Made by a program: the position numbers and the translations under genes
Shown: piece after piece, positions 16,890 to 25,038 of the stretch
How positions within the stretch are numbered: the stretch's first letter is position 1
Layout: each line of letters starts with the position of its first letter
The notes under the pieces: model-generated
What the model saw: only the letters and a program-made list of their open reading frames with translations
Told to the model about the DNA's origin: nothing
The model's database searches: none
Source: Pirellula staleyi DSM 6068
GTDB lineage: Bacteria > Planctomycetota > Planctomycetia > Pirellulales > Pirellulaceae
Direction: 5' to 3'
NCBI GenBank assembly: GCA_000025185.1
Contig: CP001848.1
Span: forward strand, 4,290,001 to 4,322,000
DNA: 32,000 bases

Positions 16890-18359
16890 GTGGAAGCCAT
16901 GCAACCCAATCAAGCTTCGACGTTTCCTTCCTACTCACGCCGCGCGATGCTGCAAAGCACCGCCAGTGGCTTTGGGCTCGTAGCATTTTCGGCCCTGGCA
17001 CACACCTTGGCTGCGCAGGAATCGGCTGTTCCGCCTACGATTGCGGTGGGCAAATCAGCCGCGAAAGTGCTGCACCATGCGCCGCGCGCGAAGCGGGTGA
17101 TTTTCCTCTGCATGAACGGCGGCCCTTCGCACGTCGATCTGTTCGACTATAAGCCGGAACTCGAGAAAAACAGTGGTAAGCCGGCCACCGTGGGAGGCAA
17201 GAAAATTGGACCTGCACTTCTGGGAAATCCGCATCCATTTTCGCAGCGTGGCGAGTCGGGACTTTGGATGTCGGCTTTGCTTCCTGAACTGGGAAAGATG
17301 GCCGACGAGCTCTGTGTTGTTCGAAGCATGCATACCGATCTGCCGAATCATTCGCAGGCGTTTCTGCAAATGCACACCGGCAGCTTTCAATTCGTTCGTC
17401 CGTCGCTCGGGGCCTGGACTCTGTATGGTCTTGGTTCCGAGAACGAAAACTTGCCGGGATTCGTGACGATCAACCCTCCTTCGGATAACGGCGGCGCGCG
17501 GAACTACGGTAGTGGATTCCTTCCTGTGCATTGTCAGGGGACCCGGATTGGTGCTCCTCGCATCCCCGCTTTCTATGCAGCATTACTTGGCCGGGATGAA
17601 GAATCGGGCCCACCTCTGAAGCATTTGACGCCACCTTCGACGACCGAGCGATTGCAGCAGTTGCAGATCGAGCTCATCACAAGGCAGAATCAAGACCTAG
17701 CGACAGCTCGGCCGCATCAGCCGGAGATTGAGGGGGCGATTGCATCGCTCGAGCTCGCTTTTCGAATGCAGGGGGAAGTTCCCAAGGTTCTCGAGCTTAA
17801 AGACGAATCGGCTGCCACGCTGAAGCAGTATGGGATTGGGGCAGGCCTTCCGACCGATCGATTTGGGCGGCAATGTCTCATGGCGCGACGGATGGTCGAA
17901 GCGGGGGTGCGATTCGTGGAAGTGACGGCGCCGACTTCGTGGGACCATCACTTTTTACTGCGCGAAACACTTGCCACCAGCTGCTCGCTCGTCGACTTGC
18001 CGATGCGAGGTCTGCTCGAAGACTTAAAGAGTCGTGGCCTGCTCGACGACACGCTGGTGATCTGGGCTGGAGAGTTTGGCCGAACTCCGTATGGCCAAAG
18101 TGGCAGCGGACGCGATCATAACCACAAGGGATATTCGATTTGGATGGCGGGGGGAGGTGTTAAGCGGGGAATCGCCTACGGAGCGACCGACGAAATTGGT
18201 TATGAAGCAGTCGAAAACCCAGTGCATCTGCACGATTTTCACGCCACGATTTTGCATCTCTTGGGGCTCGATCACGAGCAGCTCACCTTTCGCTATGGTG
18301 GCCGCGATTATCGACTGACCGATGTCTATGGACGCGTTGTCAGCGACCTTTTTGCCTAA
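16890..18359 (+). CDS. DUF1501 domain-containing protein (alkaline-phosphatase/sulfatase-like fold), Tat-exported
   Basis: Twin-arginine leader SRRAMLQSTASGFGLVAF. Conserved blocks VIFLCMNGGPSHVDLFDYKPEL, WDHH, GEFGRTPYGQSGSGRDHN, HLHDFHATILHLLGLDH. GTG at 16890 or ATG at 16899 as the start. Confidence 0.92.
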   Translation: MEAMQPNQASTFPSYSRRAMLQSTASGFGLVAFSALAHTLAAQESAVPPTIAVGKSAAKVLHHAPRAKRVIFLCMNGGPSHVDLFDYKPELEKNSGKPATVGGKKIGPALLGNPHPFSQRGESGLWMSALLPELGKMADELCVVRSMHTDLPNHSQAFLQMHTGSFQFVRPSLGAWTLYGLGSENENLPGFVTINPPSDNGGARNYGSGFLPVHCQGTRIGAPRIPAFYAALLGRDEESGPPLKHLTPPSTTERLQQLQIELITRQNQDLATARPHQPEIEGAIASLELAFRMQGEVPKVLELKDESAATLKQYGIGAGLPTDRFGRQCLMARRMVEAGVRFVEVTAPTSWDHHFLLRETLATSCSLVDLPMRGLLEDLKSRGLLDDTLVIWAGEFGRTPYGQSGSGRDHNHKGYSIWMAGGGVKRGIAYGATDEIGYEAVENPVHLHDFHATILHLLGLDHEQLTFRYGGRDYRLTDVYGRVVSDLFA

Positions 18360-18380
18360 GTCCAGTTCGGCTCTGCTAGG

Positions 18381-19163
18381 TCAAACCGACTGCAGAAATT
18401 TCGCAGCGAGTTCCGTCGCCGAATTGATTCCAAACCGCTGATAAACGGCCTTCACGTGATCGTTGATGGTGTGGAGCGTAACGCCGAGCGAGGTTGCGAT
18501 ATCTTTACGTGCCATGCCATCAAGCAGCATCAGCATCACGAGTCTCTGTCGGGGCGAAAGCCCAATAAATGACTCGGAGGGAATCGCTTCGCTTACTTGT
18601 GGGGCGAGCCATGCCACCCCTGCGGCAATGCAATCGACGGCACGCACTTCACGATCCGTAAACGGTTCGCGTCTCAGTCGGCGAATGAAGCTGAGATTGA
18701 ACCAGGTGTCCTTCGAGATGTAGCAAACGGCACAAAGCCAGTCGTCCCAGCCGTTCGGCTCCAGGCAGTTTTTGAAGAAATCGGATTCATACCAAACATC
18801 ATCGCTCCACGCATTGCTGCGCGAAATCGTCGCTAGCGGAGCAAGTTGCAGTCGCTGGGCAATTGGTGCTGCCGACCAACGTTTTCCTTCGGGGGCCATC
18901 GCCAGCGTGGCAAACTTTGCAAACTCGTCAGGAGTAAATCCCGAGTGAATGATGGCGACGGGGGTCACTTCGCTCGAGTCGGGATGACCACGTCCCCAGC
19001 AGTAATACCCGGCATCAGCTGCAACGTATTTGACCAGGGTGTCTAACAAACGCTGACGACGCACCGCGCGATCAGGCGTGAGTGCCTCGGTACTGGACAC
19101 CAGTTTCAGAAGCGCAACAACTTCTTCTCGGGACATCACCGCCTCTTGCGGTAGCGTCGACAT
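18381..19163 (-). CDS. LuxR-family transcriptional regulator with an uncharacterised N-terminal domain
   Basis: C-terminal HTH LSPRQRLVMLMLLDGMARKDIATSLGVTLHTINDHVKAVYQRFGINSATELA. The N-terminal ~190 aa carries no receiver or autoinducer-binding motif that I recognise. Confidence 0.85.
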   Translation of the reverse strand: MSTLPQEAVMSREEVVALLKLVSSTEALTPDRAVRRQRLLDTLVKYVAADAGYYCWGRGHPDSSEVTPVAIIHSGFTPDEFAKFATLAMAPEGKRWSAAPIAQRLQLAPLATISRSNAWSDDVWYESDFFKNCLEPNGWDDWLCAVCYISKDTWFNLSFIRRLRREPFTDREVRAVDCIAAGVAWLAPQVSEAIPSESFIGLSPRQRLVMLMLLDGMARKDIATSLGVTLHTINDHVKAVYQRFGINSATELAAKFLQSV

Positions 19164-19445
19164 AAGTCGATACCTGCGTTCTAAAGTTTTCGGAGGGAGG
19201 CTGACGTAGTTGGTTGGTAGCGTGCACGGAATGTAGAGAGCCCCATGCGGACTGACAACCGATTATTAACGAGCCTTCCCGACAGAAGCGGGGGAGTAAA
19301 CTCGCTAAATACCGCAGGAATTCTGGCACCAATTGGAGCAGCGCTACTGCATGCAAGAAGATGATTTTGCGGAAAACCGCGACAGTCACACGCGGGCCGT
19401 GGTGCCAATCGGATCGCAGGCGTCACGCGCGCTAGCCAGCAGCCG

Positions 19446-20015
19446 CTAGAAAGTTGACTGATCGAGTCCACGTGCACGAAGTGCTTGACGCAGTCGGCTC
19501 AGCCGCGCGCGAACGATGGCAGCACTGGTGCTGATCGCAGCGGCTATTTCAGCGGTCTCGCAACCCGCAATCCGCATTTCGACGATGCGCTGATCGACCG
19601 GCTCGAGCGAGTCGAGAATTTGCTGTAGCGTTTCGTCCGCCACGGCAGCATGATCGGGTTGGTCGAGTGTCACCGGTTCTGGCAGTGGGGTGTCGCTCGA
19701 TTTGGTTTTGGAACGCTGCGCTGTGCGAATCACCTTGTGTCGCAGCACGGTGATCGCCAGACCAATGAGCTGCTCTTCGCATTCAAAGGCATAGCGACCT
19801 TCCTGAAGCCCCGGCAGCATCGCCCGATGCACCGACTGCACTAAATCTTGCGAGTCGACGACATGGCGGATCGGCTGTCCGACGAGCGCGCGTGCTGCGA
19901 GCTGAAGACGGCGCTCGTAACGCGCCAGCAATTCTGCCAGCGCCTGCGAATCCCCTTGGGAGGCACGCTTCAGCAGCTGCGCTAATTGTTCAGGGCCTGT
20001 CGCCGATTGATTCAT
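19446..20015 (-). CDS. ECF-type RNA polymerase sigma-70 family factor
   Basis: The ORF track extends to 20099; I prefer the ATG at 20015 (MNQSATGPEQLAQLLKRASQGD). Region 2: ELLARYERRLQLAARALVG...DSQDLVQSVHRAM. Region 4: LEPVDQRIVEMRIAGCETAEIAAAISTSAAIVRARLSRLRQAL. Confidence 0.88.
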   Translation of the reverse strand: MNQSATGPEQLAQLLKRASQGDSQALAELLARYERRLQLAARALVGQPIRHVVDSQDLVQSVHRAMLPGLQEGRYAFECEEQLIGLAITVLRHKVIRTAQRSKTKSSDTPLPEPVTLDQPDHAAVADETLQQILDSLEPVDQRIVEMRIAGCETAEIAAAISTSAAIVRARLSRLRQALRARGLDQSTF

Positions 20016-20139
20016 CGTGGTGAGGGTATCAGTAAGTTTCCGATCCGTCGCGTTTGGCTTAGGATAGCACGAAGTGGCCTGATCTCCCAAATCGTTCACA
20101 GGACACGCAAGGGCACGTGGTAGTTAGCCCTAGGAAACC

Positions 20140-23100
20140 ATGTCGACCAAAATTAGTGCCGCCACCATTCGAACCTGGTGCTGCCAACTCGAGCAGCGTT
20201 TGCGTCAAGGGGAGAAGGTGCGCGCGGAAGCGTGGCTGAGCGAACCAGGAATCGATGCCGAGTCGCAGCTCGAACTGATTTACGCCGAGTATGTTTGTCG
20301 CGAAGAGCTCGAGGGAAACGTTGCGGCTGAGGAATATTTCGAGCGATTTCCACACTTGCGCATCGAGCTCGAGGAGCAGTTTCTGGTTCACCGAGCACTG
20401 GCGGGAGAGGCTCGCGATCGCCCAACCAGAGGTCAACGCGTCGGCAAGTATGAACTGCTCAGCGAGCTGGGGCGTGGAGCCCGAGGGGCTGTTTTTCATG
20501 CTGAGCCGATCGGTGGTGGAGAACCAGTAGCGCTGAAGCTGCTACTGACTGGGCAGTATGCTACGCCGGCGGAACAAAAACAGTTTCAGCACGAAGCGGA
20601 GGTTTTGCGGCTGCTTCAGCATCCCAGCATCATTGGAATTCGCGACGCTGGTGTGGCCGATGGCCGCCCCTACTTGGCGATCGATCTCATGGAAGGATCG
20701 ACGCTGGCAAGTAAGCTGGCCGATTTTTCTGAACCAACGCGTGCTGCGCAGCTGATTGCGACGATTGCGGAAGCAATCGATTACGCGCATCGCCAAGGTG
20801 TCATTCATCGCGATCTGAAGCCGTCGAACATTTTACTGACGACTGAAGGGACACCTAAGGTCTCCGACTTCGGTCTGGCGCGATTGCTCGACAACACCTC
20901 GGGAAATACACGGACCGGAGATCTCGTCGGGACGATCAGCTACATGGCTCCCGAGCAAGCGGCTGGCAGTGCGCATCGCGCGGGACCGGCAGCTGATGTC
21001 TACGCCCTCGGGGCCATCCTCTATCACTTGCTCACCGGGCAGCCTCCGTTTGGCTGCGAGGCTGCAGCGCAGTCGATTCTGCAACTGCTCCATGATCCTC
21101 CGGTTCGGCCTCGTCGTTTGCAGCGCACCATTCCCCAAGCACTCGAAACCATATGCCTGAAATGTTTGGAAAAAGATCCTCTTCGGCGGTACTCGAGCGC
21201 TCAAAGCCTCGCCGATGATCTACAGCGGTTCTTGCGCGGAGAAGCGATTGCCGCGCGCACTTTATCGACTTGGGAGCAAGGGATCCGCTGGTCGCGGCGA
21301 CGTCCCGCACTTGCTGCGCTGCTGGGTGTGATTGTTGTCGCTATCGTGGCTGTGACGCTCGGAAGTTTGTACTACAACGCGCGCCTGGCGTCGCTGCTGA
21401 GCCGCGCGAAAGAACTGCAGCAGGAAACGTCGAATGCGAATACACGCCTGCAAGTTTCGCTCGACGAAGCGGAAGAATTACGCGCTGAAGCCCGCTTGCA
21501 AAAAGAGATGGTGGAGCGACAGCTCGAAGATACCAGGCGCGCGTTCTATGCGCTGCAGCTAACACAACTGCCATCAATTACGAGTCGCGAGCCGGTGCGA
21601 GCCCGCGAAATTCTGGCCGACGAAAAGTTCTGTCCCCTCGATTTACGCGATTTCACGTGGCGTTATTTCAATGAAGTGGCTTCGCTGCAAGAGCGTGAGA
21701 TTCGGCCCCATCGAGGGGTGGTAGAAGCAGTGGCGTACCTGAGCGACGAGCGGGTCGCTAGTGGTGGCGAAGATGGCACACTCGCCATTTGGAATCCGCA
21801 TCAGAAGTCGCCTCCTACTCCACCGCTTTCTATGCAAGCGCATAGCGAGGCGATAACCGATCTGCAAATCGATGCCGAAGGTCGCATCATCACCGTTTCG
21901 CGCGATCGGCAGCTGAAGCGTTTCGATGCCGTCGATCTTTCGCTACTCGCTTCGGTCGAATTACCAGCCGCAATTCATTCGTTATCGCTCATTGGCAACA
22001 GTACCCTGGCTGCATGTGGGTGTGACGATGGCACCATTCAAATCGTCGATCTTTCCACGATGGAGATCAAATCGAAGCTCGCGGGGCATGAGGGAGCCGT
22101 CTTTTCAACCGAAGTCACTGCCGATGGATTGACGCTCTATTCCGGCGGTGCTGATCATCAACTCCGGCGATGGAATCTTGCGAAAGAGCTCGAAACCGCC
22201 ACATGGACTGGCCATACCGCGTCGATCAAATCGATCACGTGCACGAGCGATCACAGCGGTTTGGTCACAACCTCCGATAACGGCGAAGTATTACTCTGGA
22301 ACTTGGAAAAGGGGATCGCACGACCACTCCGCGGACACTTAATGTCGGTCCAGGCGTCGGCATCGTGCGCGAAGACAGGCAGGCTCATCACCGGTGGCGA
22401 GGATTCCTATTTGAAGGTCTGGGACATCGCGACCGGGAACGAAGTGACCAATGTGATGCGCGCGTTTGTGAGAACGGTTGCGATCTCCCCCGATGGACGC
22501 GAAGTGGCTGCTGGCGGTCGCGATGGTCGAATCTTGATTCTTGAACTTCCGGAGTATCCCCCTCCGGCAAGCTTCACGCCGATTCCGCATATCGCCTCGA
22601 TGACTGCAGCGGGGAGTGACCAGCTGATTGCGGCCGGAGATGATGGTCGTGTTTACGTCTTCCACCGCACCAGTGGAAAACTACTCGATACGATCGAGGT
22701 CCCAGCGACCAATCAAGGCCCCACGCGTGCACTCGGTGTCGAGGCGAAGAGTCCTCATGCCATCAGCGTCTCGTCCGACCAACAACTACTCGCGATTGGG
22801 GCAGGCGAAGGGACGGTGGTGCTCTGGGATTTGCAAGCGCGACGCGAGCTTCGGCGTCTGCAAAAGCATAAGGAAAATGTGACCGCTGTGGCGTTCCATC
22901 CCACGCTTCCGATTCTCGTCAGCGCGGGGCTCGATCACGCAGTTATCGTCTGGGATCTCATGACGATGGAGCCGATCGATCAGCTGACGGGACATACAGC
23001 CGGCATCTTGGCCGCGCAGTTTTCGAGCGACGGCGTGCTTCTCGCCACTGCTGGTGAGGACTCGACGATTAAACTTTGGCGGTTTCCATCGCGCACGCTC

Positions 23101-23508
23101 GAGGCGACGCTGACGGGCCATAAATTATGGGTCCTCTCGCTGGCGTTTTCCCCCGACAATCGTCAGCTCGCCAGTGGGAGCCGCGATCGCTCTGTGATGC
23201 TGTGGGATATTGAGCAGCGACGTGCAACGCAGCGTTTGAGCGGATTTACCAACTGGGTCCACTCGGTCGGCTATACAGCCGACGGAAAAACGTTAGCAGC
23301 AGGTTCGGGGCATTACAGCATCGATAGCCCGGGGGAAGTGCGGCTGTATGATCCGCAAGCTGGCTACCTGCGAACGACGCTCGAGAAAGTCCGCTCCCCG
23401 ATTTTGTTTGGGCCCGACGATCAATCTCTTTATGTTGCCGTCGAGCAGGGGATTGCAGAGCTGCGAGCAACGCCCGCAGGGAGCTTGAATTCGATGAATG
23501 CCCCGTAA
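20140..23508 (+). CDS. Transmembrane Ser/Thr protein kinase with a C-terminal WD40 repeat array
   Basis: 1122 aa. Hanks kinase motifs GRGARGAVF...VALK, HRDLKPSNILL, DFGLARL, SYMAPE. One TM helix (PALAALLGVIVVAIVAVTLGSLYY, around aa 389-412). Coiled-coil segment. About 13-14 WD-like repeats (LAIWNP, LRRWNL, VLLWNL, LKVWDI, VVLWDL, VIVWDL, IKLWRF, VMLWDI). Confidence 0.93.
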   Translation: MSTKISAATIRTWCCQLEQRLRQGEKVRAEAWLSEPGIDAESQLELIYAEYVCREELEGNVAAEEYFERFPHLRIELEEQFLVHRALAGEARDRPTRGQRVGKYELLSELGRGARGAVFHAEPIGGGEPVALKLLLTGQYATPAEQKQFQHEAEVLRLLQHPSIIGIRDAGVADGRPYLAIDLMEGSTLASKLADFSEPTRAAQLIATIAEAIDYAHRQGVIHRDLKPSNILLTTEGTPKVSDFGLARLLDNTSGNTRTGDLVGTISYMAPEQAAGSAHRAGPAADVYALGAILYHLLTGQPPFGCEAAAQSILQLLHDPPVRPRRLQRTIPQALETICLKCLEKDPLRRYSSAQSLADDLQRFLRGEAIAARTLSTWEQGIRWSRRRPALAALLGVIVVAIVAVTLGSLYYNARLASLLSRAKELQQETSNANTRLQVSLDEAEELRAEARLQKEMVERQLEDTRRAFYALQLTQLPSITSREPVRAREILADEKFCPLDLRDFTWRYFNEVASLQEREIRPHRGVVEAVAYLSDERVASGGEDGTLAIWNPHQKSPPTPPLSMQAHSEAITDLQIDAEGRIITVSRDRQLKRFDAVDLSLLASVELPAAIHSLSLIGNSTLAACGCDDGTIQIVDLSTMEIKSKLAGHEGAVFSTEVTADGLTLYSGGADHQLRRWNLAKELETATWTGHTASIKSITCTSDHSGLVTTSDNGEVLLWNLEKGIARPLRGHLMSVQASASCAKTGRLITGGEDSYLKVWDIATGNEVTNVMRAFVRTVAISPDGREVAAGGRDGRILILELPEYPPPASFTPIPHIASMTAAGSDQLIAAGDDGRVYVFHRTSGKLLDTIEVPATNQGPTRALGVEAKSPHAISVSSDQQLLAIGAGEGTVVLWDLQARRELRRLQKHKENVTAVAFHPTLPILVSAGLDHAVIVWDLMTMEPIDQLTGHTAGILAAQFSSDGVLLATAGEDSTIKLWRFPSRTLEATLTGHKLWVLSLAFSPDNRQLASGSRDRSVMLWDIEQRRATQRLSGFTNWVHSVGYTADGKTLAAGSGHYSIDSPGEVRLYDPQAGYLRTTLEKVRSPILFGPDDQSLYVAVEQGIAELRATPAGSLNSMNAP

Positions 23509-23557
23509 TTTTACGGAGGAAGCTCACCGATCGCGCTGCGTCAGCTTGTGCTACGAA

Positions 23558-25000
23558 TTAGCCGGTAACGAGTTTCAAGAAGGGCTCTCCTTCGTTGAGT
23601 GTGGCCCGTTCAGGGCGACCCTTATGAGCGTAGACGAGACCCATGTGATCGATTCCTAGCAGATGCAGAATCGTGGCATGGATGTCGTGCACGTGGAGGC
23701 GGTTTTCGATGGCGTGCAAACCGATTTCATCGGTCGCCCCCCACGTTCGTCCCCCTTGAATACCGGCTCCCGCCATCCACATCGAAAAACCTGCCGCGTT
23801 GTGATCGCGCCCATCGCCTTGTTCGGACTGTGGCGTCCGTCCGAATTCGCCACCCCACACCACTAAGGTGCTCTCGAGCAAACCACGTCGTTTCAGATCT
23901 TCGAGAAGTCCTGCTACAGGTTTGTCCATGCTCTTGCAAAGCGATGCGTGGTTGCGTTCGAGCCCCGCATGCGAGTCCCACTTGCTTCCGGCACCATGAT
24001 ACAGCTGTACGAATCGAACTCCACGTTCGACGAGACGTCGCGCGAGTAAACACTGTTTGCCGAAGCCAGCTGTTTCTTTCGCGTCGAGACCGTAGAGCTG
24101 CGAAGTCTCTTCGGTCTCTTGAGTCAGGTCGACAGCTTCGGGCGCTTTGGCCTGCATACGAAACGCCAGTTCGTACGACTTAATGCGGGCGTCGAGTTCC
24201 GTCTGATGCTCGCGATCGGTCAAGTGCAGTTGATTCAGCCGATTCAGGTAGTCGAGCTTTTCGCGCTGACGCAGATCGCCGACCGATTCTGGCGTATGCA
24301 GGTTTCGAATCGGTTCGCCTGTTGGCTCGAGCCGCGTCCCTTGATAGCCTGCGGGCATGAATCCTGAGCCCCAATTCCGCACGCCATTGACGACTTGTCC
24401 CGCGTTATCTTGCATCACAATGAACGCCGGGAGATCTTGATTTTCAGAGCCCAGTCCATAGGTGACCCAGCTTCCGAGTGAAGGCCGCCCCGCCAGAATC
24501 GAGCCGGTGTTCATCTGACAAACGCCACCCGAATGGTTGATGCCGTCGGCCCAGCAGGAGCGGATGAGGGCGATGTCGTCGGCTCGCTCGGCCAGATGTG
24601 GCAGCCAATCCGAGAACCACATGCCACCTTCACCATGCTGCTGAAATGTCCGTTTGCAGCCCATCAGGGGGGCGTTGTTTTCGCCCATCGCCAAAATGAT
24701 TGGCTTGAACGACGAGGGGAGTTGCTGACCGTGGAGCTTATTGAGTTCGGGCTTCGGATCAAACAGATCGATGTGGCTCGGGCCACCTTCCATGAACAAG
24801 AAGATGACCGACTTCGCGCGCGGCGCGTGATGTGGTGCCCCTGAGTTTCGCTGTGCTGCAGACATGGTATCAGCAGCACGCGAACTTCCACCCACGAGCG
24901 ATGCCAGCGCGAGGGCACCGAAGCCAGCGCCCCCTTGCAGCAGAGCTTGTCGCCGCGTGACGATCGAACTCGAAAAACGCTCTTGCCACAGGTTTGTCAT
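23558..25000 (-). CDS. DUF1501 domain-containing protein, Tat-exported (second copy)
   Basis: The ORF track extends to 25084 and would overlap the upstream gene. The ATG at 25000 gives MTNLWQERFSSSIVTRRQALLQGGAGFGALALASL, with a twin-arginine leader. Conserved blocks VIFLFMEGGPSHIDLFDPKPEL, WDSH, GEFGRTPQSEQGDGRDHN, HVHDIHATILHLLGIDH. Confidence 0.92.
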   Translation of the reverse strand: MTNLWQERFSSSIVTRRQALLQGGAGFGALALASLVGGSSRAADTMSAAQRNSGAPHHAPRAKSVIFLFMEGGPSHIDLFDPKPELNKLHGQQLPSSFKPIILAMGENNAPLMGCKRTFQQHGEGGMWFSDWLPHLAERADDIALIRSCWADGINHSGGVCQMNTGSILAGRPSLGSWVTYGLGSENQDLPAFIVMQDNAGQVVNGVRNWGSGFMPAGYQGTRLEPTGEPIRNLHTPESVGDLRQREKLDYLNRLNQLHLTDREHQTELDARIKSYELAFRMQAKAPEAVDLTQETEETSQLYGLDAKETAGFGKQCLLARRLVERGVRFVQLYHGAGSKWDSHAGLERNHASLCKSMDKPVAGLLEDLKRRGLLESTLVVWGGEFGRTPQSEQGDGRDHNAAGFSMWMAGAGIQGGRTWGATDEIGLHAIENRLHVHDIHATILHLLGIDHMGLVYAHKGRPERATLNEGEPFLKLVTG

Positions 25001-25038
25001 ACGTCGCACCGAGATAAAAAAGGTAATCTGCCAGACGA

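Noticed and set aside
19181-19477. 98-aa minus-strand ORF downstream of the ECF sigma, considered as a possible anti-sigma factor
   Set aside because: It has no H-x3-C-x2-C zinc anti-sigma motif and no TM helix. Its composition is Arg/Pro/Ser-rich and it overlaps the sigma 3' end by 32 nt in another frame. It is more likely non-coding.
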